This document shows, piece by piece, positions 48,664-58,361 of a DNA stretch of 64,000 bases. Source of the DNA: Chitinophaga pinensis (GTDB lineage Bacteria; Bacteroidota; Bacteroidia; SXHM01); assembly GCA_945870105.1 (NCBI GenBank), contig CAMBRL010000003.1:36-64035 (forward strand), in the 5' to 3' direction. The stretch's first letter is position 1. Every line of letters begins with the position of its first letter. A program made the position numbers and the translations under genes. Under the pieces are notes generated by a model, which was not told where the DNA came from, did no database searches, and saw only the letters and a list, made by a program, of their open reading frames with translations.

Positions 48664-50349
48664 ATGAATTGCTTTAGCCTAAACTTCTTTTTAGTAGCCA
48701 TATGGGTGGTTTCTGCGTTTTCGGGTTTTGCTCAGGAAGGCGGCTCATTGATGGTTGACGGCATTGTAACCAGTGCCGGAAAGCCCGTGGATGGCGCAGA
48801 AGTGAAGATTTTCAGGGATAAAGGCAAACTATTATATCGCACTACCAATTCAGCCGGCAAGTTCAAAGCCAAACTGGAGTTGGGCGCTGAATACGTTATT
48901 AGTGCAGGACTTCCCGGTTCCACTACCAAAACGTTTAATTTTATTACGGAGGTTCCCAAGAACAAGCAAAATGAAACATTCACCAAACAAATAGAAATAG
49001 ACCTAAATCCTCTGACAGCCGATGCTAAAGGCAAGAAAAAATGGGAACAAAGCGCAGGTGGTGTGCTTTATAAAGAAAACGAGGGAGGCTTTGTAACGGT
49101 TAATTACGACCTTGATGAATGGAAGAAGCAAATGGCTGATGCCGCTGAACGCGAACGTTTAAGAAAAATTGAAGAGGATAAATTGCGTGCCGCTGCTGAG
49201 AAACGCAGATTGGAAGCCGAAGAACTGGCAAAACAGGAACAGGCTAAACACGATGCCGAAAATGCAGTATTGCTTGCTGCACAGGCAAAAGAACAGGCAA
49301 AATTAGATTCATTGGCTGCTGTGCAAGCACACTTAGCCAAAATGATGGAAAAGCGCAAACAGGAAGAAAACTTTAAGAAAACAGAAGAAGATAAGCTAAA
49401 TGAATTGGTGAAAGCTGAACAAGCACGCAAGCGTGCGGAAGCTGAGAAACTCGTCCGTCAGCAGTTTATTACTGATTCAATTGCCAATGCTAAATACGAA
49501 GCAATAAAACTTGCAGCAGAAGAAAAATCAAGAAAAGAAGCCGAGGCCGAAGCATTAAAGAAAGCAGGAAAAATGCGTGAAAAAGCCGTTGCCGACTCAA
49601 TTGCCAATGCACGCACACAGGAAAAATTGCAATTAGAGAAACAAAAGATCCGCGAAAAAGCCGTAGCCGATTCTCTTGTCAATTTGGAAAAGTTGAGAAT
49701 AAAAGAAGAAGAAGCCCAAAAACTGAAAGCTTTGGAAGAGAAGAAAGCAAAAGAAAAGGCTGTTGCTGATTCTATTGCCACAGCGAAATTGCAACAAAAA
49801 CAACTGGAAGATGAAGCAAAAGTCCGTTTCAAAGCCGAAGAAGCAGCTAAGCTTGAAGCAGAGCGTAAAAAGCGTGAAGCCGAAGAACAAGCCCGTATAA
49901 AGGCCGAACAGGAGAAATTGGCAAAAGAAGAAGCAGACCGCTTGGCAAAAATTGAAGCAGACAGAAAAGCAAAAGAAGAAGCGGAAAAGGCATCAGCCGA
50001 AGAAAAAGCTCGCATACTTGCCGAAAAACAGGAACGCGAACGTCTGGAAGCTGAACAGGAGGCTGCAGCTATAAAAGCCAAAGAAGAAGAGGCTGTCCGC
50101 AAGAAGGAAGAAGCAGCCAAAGCCTTATATGAGTTGCGGAAAAACAATTCTTACAAAGAAGAAACAGTTACAGAAACCGGAAAGACTTTTATTGTTACAA
50201 CCGTAAAAGTAGATGGTGTTCAAACCATTTATAAAAAGCTAACCCACGACTGGGGCGGGATATTTTATTTTAAAAACGGAGCCGATATCTCAGATGCCCT
50301 CTACCTTCAGGAATTAAAAAACGCTAAAGAGCAGGTGAATCCCGAGTAA
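48664..50349 (+). CDS. Secreted protein with carboxypeptidase-regulatory-like N-domain and TolA-like charged helical stalk
   Basis: Signal peptide, beta-sandwich-like start, long E/K/A-rich region, C-terminal HDWGGIFYFKNG. Confidence 0.75.
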   Translation: MNCFSLNFFLVAIWVVSAFSGFAQEGGSLMVDGIVTSAGKPVDGAEVKIFRDKGKLLYRTTNSAGKFKAKLELGAEYVISAGLPGSTTKTFNFITEVPKNKQNETFTKQIEIDLNPLTADAKGKKKWEQSAGGVLYKENEGGFVTVNYDLDEWKKQMADAAERERLRKIEEDKLRAAAEKRRLEAEELAKQEQAKHDAENAVLLAAQAKEQAKLDSLAAVQAHLAKMMEKRKQEENFKKTEEDKLNELVKAEQARKRAEAEKLVRQQFITDSIANAKYEAIKLAAEEKSRKEAEAEALKKAGKMREKAVADSIANARTQEKLQLEKQKIREKAVADSLVNLEKLRIKEEEAQKLKALEEKKAKEKAVADSIATAKLQQKQLEDEAKVRFKAEEAAKLEAERKKREAEEQARIKAEQEKLAKEEADRLAKIEADRKAKEEAEKASAEEKARILAEKQERERLEAEQEAAAIKAKEEEAVRKKEEAAKALYELRKNNSYKEETVTETGKTFIVTTVKVDGVQTIYKKLTHDWGGIFYFKNGADISDALYLQELKNAKEQVNPE

Positions 50350-50382
50350 ATTTCATTTACTTTTGCCACCCGACAAAAAACG

Positions 50383-51324
50383 ATGAGAAAAATACTTGTA
50401 ACAGGCGGAGCAGGTTTTGTAGGCAGTTCATTAGCCGGAAAATTAGCTGAAGACCCCGATAATTATGTGGTTATAGTTGATAACCTGCGCACAGGCTCGC
50501 TTAAAAAACTTCCTGATTCGCCTTACCGCAATGTAAAGTTTATCAAATGCGATGTAAATCACTTTGAAGATATCTCCAGCGTTTTTTATGCCTACACCTT
50601 TGATTATGTGTTTCATTATGCTGCATTGGTTGGTGTAAAACGTACGCTTTCTAATCCTGTAATGGTACTGGAAGATATTACGGGAATAAAAAACATACTT
50701 AACCTTTCTAAAAATACAGGTGTAAGACGTGTTTACTTTTCTTCTTCATCAGAAGTATATGGCGAACCGGTTGAGTTTCCCCAGAATGAAGACACAACAC
50801 CATTAAACTCACGTTTGCCTTATGCCATTGTTAAGAATGTGGGCGAAGCGTACCTGCGTTCTTACCAACGCGAATTTGGCCTGGAGTTTACCGTGTTCAG
50901 GTTTTTTAATACTTATGGACCAAAGCAAAGCAAAGACTTTGTGATTTCTAAGTTTATTTATGCGGCCTTGCAAAATGCCGACATCACTATTTATGGTGAA
51001 GGAAAACAAACCCGCACTTTTTGTTTTATTGAAGATAATATTGAAGCCTGTACCAACGCTTTTTACAACAACATGTATATTAATGATGTGGTAAACATTG
51101 GCGGAACAAAAGAAGTTACCATTCTGGAACTGGCCAACATCATTATTAAAGTTACCGGTTCTTCTTCTAAAATTGTTCACCTTCCTGAATTAACAGAAGG
51201 CGATATGACACGCAGACAACCTGATACATCAAAGATGCAGCAATTGCTGAAACGCGACACCATCTCATTTGAAGAAGGTTTAAAAAGAGTGATTGAGCAG
51301 GGACAGTTTATTTCTCTTATCTAA
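50383..51324 (+). CDS. NAD-dependent epimerase/dehydratase
   Basis: VTGGAGFVG, SSSEVYG, YAIVK, FNTYGP. Confidence 0.92.
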   Translation: MRKILVTGGAGFVGSSLAGKLAEDPDNYVVIVDNLRTGSLKKLPDSPYRNVKFIKCDVNHFEDISSVFYAYTFDYVFHYAALVGVKRTLSNPVMVLEDITGIKNILNLSKNTGVRRVYFSSSSEVYGEPVEFPQNEDTTPLNSRLPYAIVKNVGEAYLRSYQREFGLEFTVFRFFNTYGPKQSKDFVISKFIYAALQNADITIYGEGKQTRTFCFIEDNIEACTNAFYNNMYINDVVNIGGTKEVTILELANIIIKVTGSSSKIVHLPELTEGDMTRRQPDTSKMQQLLKRDTISFEEGLKRVIEQGQFISLI

Positions 51325-51332
51325 ACGGTTTT

Positions 51333-52295
51333 GTGATGCAAAACCTGTTAGAGAAAATCAATCAGAAAATATGTTCAATAAATATACCAGAGCAACCGGC
51401 TGAATTATACGAGCCCGTTACCTATACCTTTTCATTAGGCGGCAAACGCATGCGTCCTGTACTTGCGTTGTTGGGTTATTCATTGTACAAAGATGATTAT
51501 GAAAAAGCATTGGATGCAGCAGTTGCATTAGAGGTGTTTCATAACTTTACCTTATTGCACGATGATATAATGGACAACGCTCCTCTAAGACGAGGAAAGC
51601 CAACTGTCTGGCATAAGTGGGGAAACAGCACAGCCATACTTTCGGGCGATGCGATGTTTATTAAATCGTATGAACTATTGTCGGCCTATGAAGGTGAACT
51701 GTTGAAAAAATTGCTTCCTGTTTTTAATAAAACTGCATTGGAGATTTGCGAAGGGCAGCAGTTAGACATGAATTTTGAAACAGCAAAAAATGTTTCCATT
51801 GCCGACTACCTTCATATGATAGAATTGAAAACAGCGGTGCTGTTAGGTGCTGCTTTGCAGATGGGCTCTTTGGTTTCTGGCGCAACGGATGAAGATGCAC
51901 AGAATTTATACGAATTTGGGAAGAATACCGGCATTGCATTTCAGTTGCAGGACGATATTCTGGATGTGTTTGGCGAGACAGAAAAAGTAGGTAAGCAAAC
52001 AGGTGGTGATATTATTTCCAACAAAAAAACATTTCTACTACTGAAGGCTTTTGAGTTGGCTGATGAATCAACAACAGAAAAGCTTAATGATTTGCTGAAC
52101 GAAAAAAATGAACAGAAAAAAGTAGAAGGCGTAAAAGCAATTTACCATTTGCTGGAGGTAAAAAAACTGGCAGAAGCAGAAATGCAAAAATTCTACAGCA
52201 AAGGACTTTCGGCTCTTGAAAAAGTAAACGCTTCTGCTGAAAAGAAAAAAGTGCTCACTGATTTTACCGAACAATTAATGCAACGCCAAAGTTGA
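51333..52295 (+). CDS. Polyprenyl diphosphate synthase
   Basis: GGKRMRP, LLHDDIMD, RRGKPT, FQLQDDILD. Confidence 0.94.
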   Translation: MMQNLLEKINQKICSINIPEQPAELYEPVTYTFSLGGKRMRPVLALLGYSLYKDDYEKALDAAVALEVFHNFTLLHDDIMDNAPLRRGKPTVWHKWGNSTAILSGDAMFIKSYELLSAYEGELLKKLLPVFNKTALEICEGQQLDMNFETAKNVSIADYLHMIELKTAVLLGAALQMGSLVSGATDEDAQNLYEFGKNTGIAFQLQDDILDVFGETEKVGKQTGGDIISNKKTFLLLKAFELADESTTEKLNDLLNEKNEQKKVEGVKAIYHLLEVKKLAEAEMQKFYSKGLSALEKVNASAEKKKVLTDFTEQLMQRQS

Positions 52296-52600
52296 AATTC
52301 AAGAAACACATATTCATTTGCACCAACGAGCGCGCAGCCGGTGAACGTCAAAGTTGCGGAGAGGCACATGGGTTGGCATTGGTTGCTGCCTTTAAAAAAT
52401 CGTTACTCGACAAAGGTTTGAAAACCGAAGTGCGCGCACAACGAGCCGGTTGTCTGGATGCCTGTGAAAGCGGCCCAACGCTGGTGGTTTACCCCGAAGG
52501 AGTTTATTACCGCAATGTACAACTCAGTGATGTAGAAGAAATAATTCAGAAACACATTGTTGAAAATACGCATGTAGAGCGCCTAGTTCTGCAAGCATAA
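52292..52600 (+). CDS. Thioredoxin-like [2Fe-2S] ferredoxin
   Basis: HIFICTN, SCG, GCLDACESGP, VYPEGVYY. Confidence 0.9.
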   Translation: MKFKKHIFICTNERAAGERQSCGEAHGLALVAAFKKSLLDKGLKTEVRAQRAGCLDACESGPTLVVYPEGVYYRNVQLSDVEEIIQKHIVENTHVERLVLQA

Positions 52601-52656
52601 TTTTTTCTTTGCGAACTTTGCGGCATCCCTTTGCGCTCTTTGCGGTAAAATAAAAA

Positions 52657-53004
52657 ATGCAAACCAATCTTTCCCTTTACAAAAACAACGAAGAAATTAT
52701 CCGCCTCACTGCCGCACAGGTAGAAAAAGATTTTGCCTCCAACGGAATAGAAATTTCGTTTTCAGGAAATATTGCTACTGCTTACGATGAATTATTTGTG
52801 CAGGTGAAACCTCTTGTAAAAAACATGTTGGAGAACAACCGTAACAAGTTTTCGCAGTTGCTTTACACCATAGACCTCAGCGAAAAGAAAGCAAACGAGA
52901 TTTTTGCAGATAATTCTTTTGCCGATGCAGTAGAGAAAATCACACAGTTCATTCTGGAACGCGAACTGTTGAAGGTGATCACGCGCAAACATTTCTCCAA
53001 GTAA
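52657..53004 (+). CDS. Conserved hypothetical protein
   Basis: QVEKDF, LLYTIDLSE, ILERELLKVITR. Confidence 0.75.
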   Translation: MQTNLSLYKNNEEIIRLTAAQVEKDFASNGIEISFSGNIATAYDELFVQVKPLVKNMLENNRNKFSQLLYTIDLSEKKANEIFADNSFADAVEKITQFILERELLKVITRKHFSK

Positions 53005-53023
53005 TTTGTTTACTTTTGTGTCA

Positions 53024-53416
53024 ATGAACTTTTTACGCAAATACTTTTCTGTTGCAATGGCCTTGCTGATGCTCGTAATGAGTATTGGTATTACGGCACA
53101 TAAAATGGTTTGCTTAGTTAGCGGAGCGGTAACGATCTCGTTCATTGAAAGCGAAGATTGCTGCGCAAAAGAAAGCAAAGTAGCTAATACTGTTGAAGCT
53201 AAGTGCTGCGATTATTATACCGACTACTTTAAGTTGGATATTCAAACCATAGTCAGCAGTTTCAATGTTAAGCTTGACTTTCCTGCTGATTATTTCATAC
53301 TTCCTGTTTTTGTTTTTACTGAAGTAGCAACAGCGCAACTTGTAGAGGTAGCTCATGCTCCTCCTCTTATTTCAGGGAAAGACATTCTTATTCTCGTTTC
53401 CGTTTTTCGTATCTGA
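53024..53416 (+). CDS. HYC_CC_PP-like metal-associated protein
   Basis: HKMVC, DCC, KCC, HAPP, VFRI C-terminus; upstream of a TonB receptor. Confidence 0.75.
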   Translation: MNFLRKYFSVAMALLMLVMSIGITAHKMVCLVSGAVTISFIESEDCCAKESKVANTVEAKCCDYYTDYFKLDIQTIVSSFNVKLDFPADYFILPVFVFTEVATAQLVEVAHAPPLISGKDILILVSVFRI

Positions 53417-53479
53417 TTTTAGCGTTTCCCTAACCTCTCCGAAAGAGAGGTAACAGAGTATTTACGCTAAAACAAGAAC

Positions 53480-55729
53480 ATGAAAAACAGAATTATAAAA
53501 CTATTAATCGTCTTCCTCTCTTTACCGGGTTTGGCATTTGCACAAACCCTTGAAGGAATTGTTTACGGAATTGATGAACAACAAAAAGCCATGCCTGGCG
53601 GCAGGCAGGAAGCTCCGCTTCCCTTTGCCAATGTGCATTGGCTGGGAACAAACGAAGGAGCCGTTACGGATCTTGACGGAAAATTTACGCTGAACAGAAA
53701 CGTAAAAACGCAGACAAAACTGGTAGTAAGTTTTACCGGTTATCTAAGCGACACGCTTAGTATTTCCAACGAAACATTTCTCACCGTTAAGTTGAAAAGC
53801 AGCGTTGAGTTAGATCAGATAACTATTCAGGGAAAGCAACAAAGCACCTTCCTTTCGCGGATAGACCCGATACTGACGGAAAAAATAACCAGCAAGGAAT
53901 TACAGAAAGCAGCCTGCTGCAATCTGAGTGAAAGCTTTACAACTAATGCTTCGGTGGATGTGGTTTACACCGATGCAGTTTCGGGTGCCAAGAAAATTCA
54001 GTTGCTGGGATTAGATGGAATCTATACGCAGATTCAAGGTGAAATGATACCGATGATACGCGGTTTGTCTTCTGCTTACGGATTGGGCTTTGTTCCGGGG
54101 ACATGGATAGAATCCATTCAGGTATCGAAAGGAACGGGCTCGGTGGTGAATGGTTATGAGCAGATGGCAGGACAAATTAATCTTGAATTTCTGAAACCGG
54201 ATGCTGAGAAAGCCGATAAGCTTTTTGTGAATGTTTACGGAAGTTCGGGAGGAAGGGGAGAGGTGAATATTCATACCGGAACAAAATTCAAACAAAAACT
54301 GAGTACGATGTTATTTCTGCATGGCAATACTGTTTTCAGGCAGAACGACAGCAACCACGATGGTTTTATGGATACGCCTTTGCAGCAGCAATACACGTTT
54401 TACAACCGCTGGAAATATCACAGCGGAAAACGGATTGAATCGCAACTGAATTTGAAAGGTGTGTATGAAAACAAAACCGGAGGACAAACGGATGAGGCTT
54501 TTGAAGAACATTCGGGGCATGGCGCAATGGAAAAATACCTGATAAAAGTGCTGACCAAACAATTGGAGGTAAGCAACAAAACAGGATTGATGTTTCCGGG
54601 AAACCTCGACCGCAGCTTAGGATTAATCACTTCGGTGCGTTACCACGATATGAATTCTACATTCGGGTTGAAGAAGTATTCGGGGACGGAGAAAACATTG
54701 TATGCCAATCTGATTTATCAGGATAAGGTTGTGAATGGTGATAATAAGATACGCGCAGGGGTTAGTTTTTTGCTAGATGATTTTGTGGAAACTTACAATG
54801 ATTCACTTTTCACGCGCAGGGAGATTGTGCCAGGTGCGTTTGCAGAGTATAGTTATAACAACATGTCAACTTTTTCGTTTGTTGCGGGTGTGCGGGGTGA
54901 TTATCACAACCTGTATGGTTTTATGTTTAACCCTCGGGTGAACATTAAAATAAATCTTGCCGAAGAAACTATTTTTCGTGTGGCGGCAGGAAGAGGTTTT
55001 CGTGTAGCCAACCCTTTTGCTGAAAATGCTTCGGTGCTGGCAAGCGCTCGCACGGTGATTGTTAAAGAAAAACTGTCGCCCGAAATTGCGTGGAACTATG
55101 GGGTTTCGTTGAGTCAGAGTTTTCGTTTATTCGGAAGAGATGCCAGCATCAGCGCGGATTATTTCTACACTAATTTTTTGAATCAGGTGGTGGTTGATCT
55201 GGATTACAATGCCCGCGAAGTGAGCTTTTATAACTTAGACGGCAAATCGTATTCCAACAGTTTTCAGGTAGAGGCTGCGATAGAGCCGCTGAAACAATTT
55301 TCGGTGAAGGCCGCTTATAAATACTACGATGTGCGGAGTACCTATGCAGGAACACTGATGCGCAAACCGATGACGGCAGCGGGAAGAATGTTGCTGAACT
55401 TTGGATACTTCACCCGCTTTGAGAAATGGAAGTTTGATTTAACGTTGCAACGTTTCGGACGTAGCCGCCTTCCGGGAACAACGGAGAACCCTGCGGAATA
55501 TCAACGTGCAAATTATTCAGCGCCATACTTTACCATCAATGCGCAGGTAACTAAAAAGTTCAAACGCTTTGAGGTTTACCTCGGGGGCGAGAACCTGACC
55601 AACTTTATGCAGCGTGGTGCTATTGTAGCGGCTGCGGACCCTTTCGGGCCGTACTTTGATGCCTCTATGGTCTGGGGACCGGGGATGGGAGCGGTGGTGT
55701 ATGGGGGGTTGAGGTTTGCAATCAAGTAA
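53480..55729 (+). CDS. TonB-dependent receptor (probable metal uptake)
   Basis: ELQKAACCNLSESF plug, IESIQVSKG, GGENLTN, YGGLRF end. Confidence 0.9.
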   Translation: MKNRIIKLLIVFLSLPGLAFAQTLEGIVYGIDEQQKAMPGGRQEAPLPFANVHWLGTNEGAVTDLDGKFTLNRNVKTQTKLVVSFTGYLSDTLSISNETFLTVKLKSSVELDQITIQGKQQSTFLSRIDPILTEKITSKELQKAACCNLSESFTTNASVDVVYTDAVSGAKKIQLLGLDGIYTQIQGEMIPMIRGLSSAYGLGFVPGTWIESIQVSKGTGSVVNGYEQMAGQINLEFLKPDAEKADKLFVNVYGSSGGRGEVNIHTGTKFKQKLSTMLFLHGNTVFRQNDSNHDGFMDTPLQQQYTFYNRWKYHSGKRIESQLNLKGVYENKTGGQTDEAFEEHSGHGAMEKYLIKVLTKQLEVSNKTGLMFPGNLDRSLGLITSVRYHDMNSTFGLKKYSGTEKTLYANLIYQDKVVNGDNKIRAGVSFLLDDFVETYNDSLFTRREIVPGAFAEYSYNNMSTFSFVAGVRGDYHNLYGFMFNPRVNIKINLAEETIFRVAAGRGFRVANPFAENASVLASARTVIVKEKLSPEIAWNYGVSLSQSFRLFGRDASISADYFYTNFLNQVVVDLDYNAREVSFYNLDGKSYSNSFQVEAAIEPLKQFSVKAAYKYYDVRSTYAGTLMRKPMTAAGRMLLNFGYFTRFEKWKFDLTLQRFGRSRLPGTTENPAEYQRANYSAPYFTINAQVTKKFKRFEVYLGGENLTNFMQRGAIVAAADPFGPYFDASMVWGPGMGAVVYGGLRFAIK

Positions 55730-55740
55730 ACAAAGAGGAC

Positions 55741-56643
55741 TTAATTAAAGAGCAAAGGCAATGCTTCATCTGAACCAAAGATGTTGATGCTGTTGCGCTT
55801 TTTCAATTTGCGGGGACAGGTTATAACAACAAGTTTGTTTTCGGTGGTGATGCCCATGCCTGCAGCATAGCGGAAACTGCTGCCCTTAGTGCATTGAAAA
55901 TAACGGGAGCTGAGGAGCGTGAGTTGGTAATTTATAACACTGAACAGGTCGGCACGGTTGTTTTTTCCTTCAAGGCAAAAACCAATAAGAAAAATGTTGC
56001 CTGCGGTATCGGCAAGGAGGTTGATGGATTGGTAGGAGCCCCACTTTCCGGAAACGGTGTAGCTTGCAATAGAATCAAGGCCTTTGGTGCCGGAACGGTA
56101 GAAATCAATGTGGCGCGAATCCCAGTCGGCAACGGCTACTAAATAATTCCCGTTGAGGTAAAGAGCGCCCACGGCACCGGCAGTGGAGCGTTTAAAAATT
56201 CCGCTGCGCTTTATAAGGGTTTCAACAGGCTTTATTCCGGGAGCAAACATGACCACATCGGATTTATCTTTCTGCGCATTGTCTTCAATTCCTGTAAATA
56301 CTTTGCCGTTTGCGAGCTGGCATCCTCCGGCATGGCGCAGGGGCTCGTTTGCCAGTTTGTGAAGGGTGGCTTCTCCGTTTTCGGGTGCGGTTATATAATA
56401 GGAAAAGGAGGAGGCGCTGCCGGTGATGATAAAAGAGGTGCGGATATCGTGTGTGTAGCCTTGTATGCCTTGGAGGTGGCCTCCTTCGGGTGTTTTTATG
56501 TGGCTTTTAAAATGGCAGATACGGGGCTGTTGGTTGGGGATGGCTTCAAATGCTTCGGGGACATTGGGTATGACCTGTTGAGCGCATAACCCGGTGTGGA
56601 GGAAGAGGAAAATTATAAGGATAAGGGGCTGCGTATGTTTCAT
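55741..56643 (-). CDS. Secreted hypothetical protein
   Basis: Signal peptide, GHLQGIQ and HAGG motifs, beta-rich. Confidence 0.65.
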   Translation of the reverse strand: MKHTQPLILIIFLFLHTGLCAQQVIPNVPEAFEAIPNQQPRICHFKSHIKTPEGGHLQGIQGYTHDIRTSFIITGSASSFSYYITAPENGEATLHKLANEPLRHAGGCQLANGKVFTGIEDNAQKDKSDVVMFAPGIKPVETLIKRSGIFKRSTAGAVGALYLNGNYLVAVADWDSRHIDFYRSGTKGLDSIASYTVSGKWGSYQSINLLADTAGNIFLIGFCLEGKNNRADLFSVINYQLTLLSSRYFQCTKGSSFRYAAGMGITTENKLVVITCPRKLKKRNSINIFGSDEALPLLFN

Positions 56644-56884
56644 GCCGGTGCGAAAATACGGGTTAGTGTTAAGGGTTGGGTGTATGATCTCATTCGTGCT
56701 GCGGGTATCTGCCTGAGGCGGAAGAAGAGGGGAGAGTTGGTTTTGGCAAAGTGATTTGGGCTTGCGCTACCTAAGAAAAACGGAGTGTAAGCAACGAAAA
56801 ATGGCTTGTAAGCAATTGGGAAGCTTTATTTAGTTCAAAAAATCCTCCACCGCAAGCAGGGGACTTTTTACTTACCTTTGCCCA

Positions 56885-57505
56885 ATGAACACCACCGAAA
56901 CAAAGAAACTCCCCGTTACCATATACGCTGAAAGCACGCCCAACCCCAATGCAATGAAATTTGTTGCCAATATCGGGCTGCTGAAAGATGTAAGTGTAGA
57001 ATATACTTCCAAAGCACAGGCGAAGGGTTCGCCACTTGCTCAAAAGCTGTTTGAGTTTCCGTTTGTGGCGGGGGTGTTTATTGCTGCCAACTTTGTGTCG
57101 GTTACCAAAACCAATGCGGTGGAATGGGAAAGCATAACACTGGAGCTGCGCAGTTTTATCCGTGAGTTTTTGGCAAATGGCGGAGAAGCGGTTAGTGAAC
57201 TTCCGGAGAAGAAGGAAGAAATTGCTGTAGCAAAAACGGAAGCGGTATCTGCTTCCACTTCAAAAGCCAATCCTGTTATTGACGGTAAAATTATTGCCAT
57301 ACTGGAACAATATGTTCGTCCGGCAGTGGAGGGTGATGGCGGAAATATACAGTTCAAATCGTTTGAAGATGGTAAAGTAAATGTGGTGTTGCAGGGTGCC
57401 TGCAGCGGTTGCCCCTCCTCTACTATTACGTTGAAAGCGGGTATTGAAGCGCTGCTGAAAAAGATGGTTCCTGAAGTGCAGGAAGTAGTAGCGGTAGCGG
57501 AATAA
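56885..57505 (+). CDS. NifU/Nfu family Fe-S carrier
   Basis: [11 protein letters not shown] Nfu_N; [19 protein letters not shown]. Confidence 0.93.
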   Translation: MNTTETKKLPVTIYAESTPNPNAMKFVANIGLLKDVSVEYTSKAQAKGSPLAQKLFEFPFVAGVFIAANFVSVTKTNAVEWESITLELRSFIREFLANGGEAVSELPEKKEEIAVAKTEAVSASTSKANPVIDGKIIAILEQYVRPAVEGDGGNIQFKSFEDGKVNVVLQGACSGCPSSTITLKAGIEALLKKMVPEVQEVVAVAE

Positions 57506-58272
57506 TGTATCCCGTTCGCGCCAAAAAACACTTAGGTCAACATTTTCTAAAAGACGAAAACATTGCCCGTAAAATTGCTGAAAGTCTTAGCGGGCATGGC
57601 ACTTATAAACAGGTGTTGGAGATAGGTCCCGGAACAGGGATGCTGACTAAATATCTTTTAGAGAATAAAGAGATTGATGTAAGCGTAGTGGAAGTAGACC
57701 GCGAATCGGTTGAGTTTCTGAAACTGAATTTTCCGCAACTGAAAGGCAAAATAATTGAAGGTGATTTTCTGAGACTGAATATTGACCTGGAGCGTTATGC
57801 TATCATTGGTAATTTTCCTTACAACATTTCGTCACAGATATTTTTCAATGTGCTGGAACACCGTAACAAGATACCGGAAGTGGTATGCATGATACAGCGG
57901 GAAGTAGCGCTGCGCATAGCATCACCACCGGGAAGTAAGGAGTATGGAATACTGAGCGTTCTGCTTTCTGCTTTCTATGATATTGAATACCTGTTCACGG
58001 TAAATGAAACGGTTTTTGTTCCGCCCCCAAAAGTAAAATCGGGTGTTATCCGCCTTACGCGCAATAACACCATAGCACTCGACTGCGATGAAAAAGAATT
58101 TTTCATGGTAGTGAAAACAGCTTTTAACCAACGCAGAAAAACATTGAGGAATGCACTCAAAAGTCTTACTTTCGCACCCGTTGCAGAAAGCAAACTGTTT
58201 GACAAACGTGCAGAACAACTGAGTGTTGGAGAGTTTGTTGAGCTGACGAAGTTGCTGTCTGTTGCAAAATAA
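57505..58272 (+). CDS. rsmA: 16S rRNA dimethyladenosine transferase
   Basis: [41 protein letters not shown]. Confidence 0.96.
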   Translation: MYPVRAKKHLGQHFLKDENIARKIAESLSGHGTYKQVLEIGPGTGMLTKYLLENKEIDVSVVEVDRESVEFLKLNFPQLKGKIIEGDFLRLNIDLERYAIIGNFPYNISSQIFFNVLEHRNKIPEVVCMIQREVALRIASPPGSKEYGILSVLLSAFYDIEYLFTVNETVFVPPPKVKSGVIRLTRNNTIALDCDEKEFFMVVKTAFNQRRKTLRNALKSLTFAPVAESKLFDKRAEQLSVGEFVELTKLLSVAK

Positions 58273-58275
58273 TTC

Positions 58276-58336
58276 CGTCATTCCAAACTTGTTTCGGAAT
58301 CTTTTATTGAGATGCTGAAACAAGTTCAGCATGACG
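58276..58336. repeat. CGTC-type REP doublet (variant)
   Basis: CGTCATTCCAAACTTGTTTCGGAATCT...AGATGCTGAAACAAGTTCAGCATGACG. Confidence 0.85.
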
Positions 58337-58361
58337 TTCTGACGAATTGAAGAATGGCATC

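Noticed and set aside
49104-50147. Long antisense ORFs (229 aa, 108 aa)
   Set aside because: Shadows of the low-complexity E/K/A-coding plus-strand gene.
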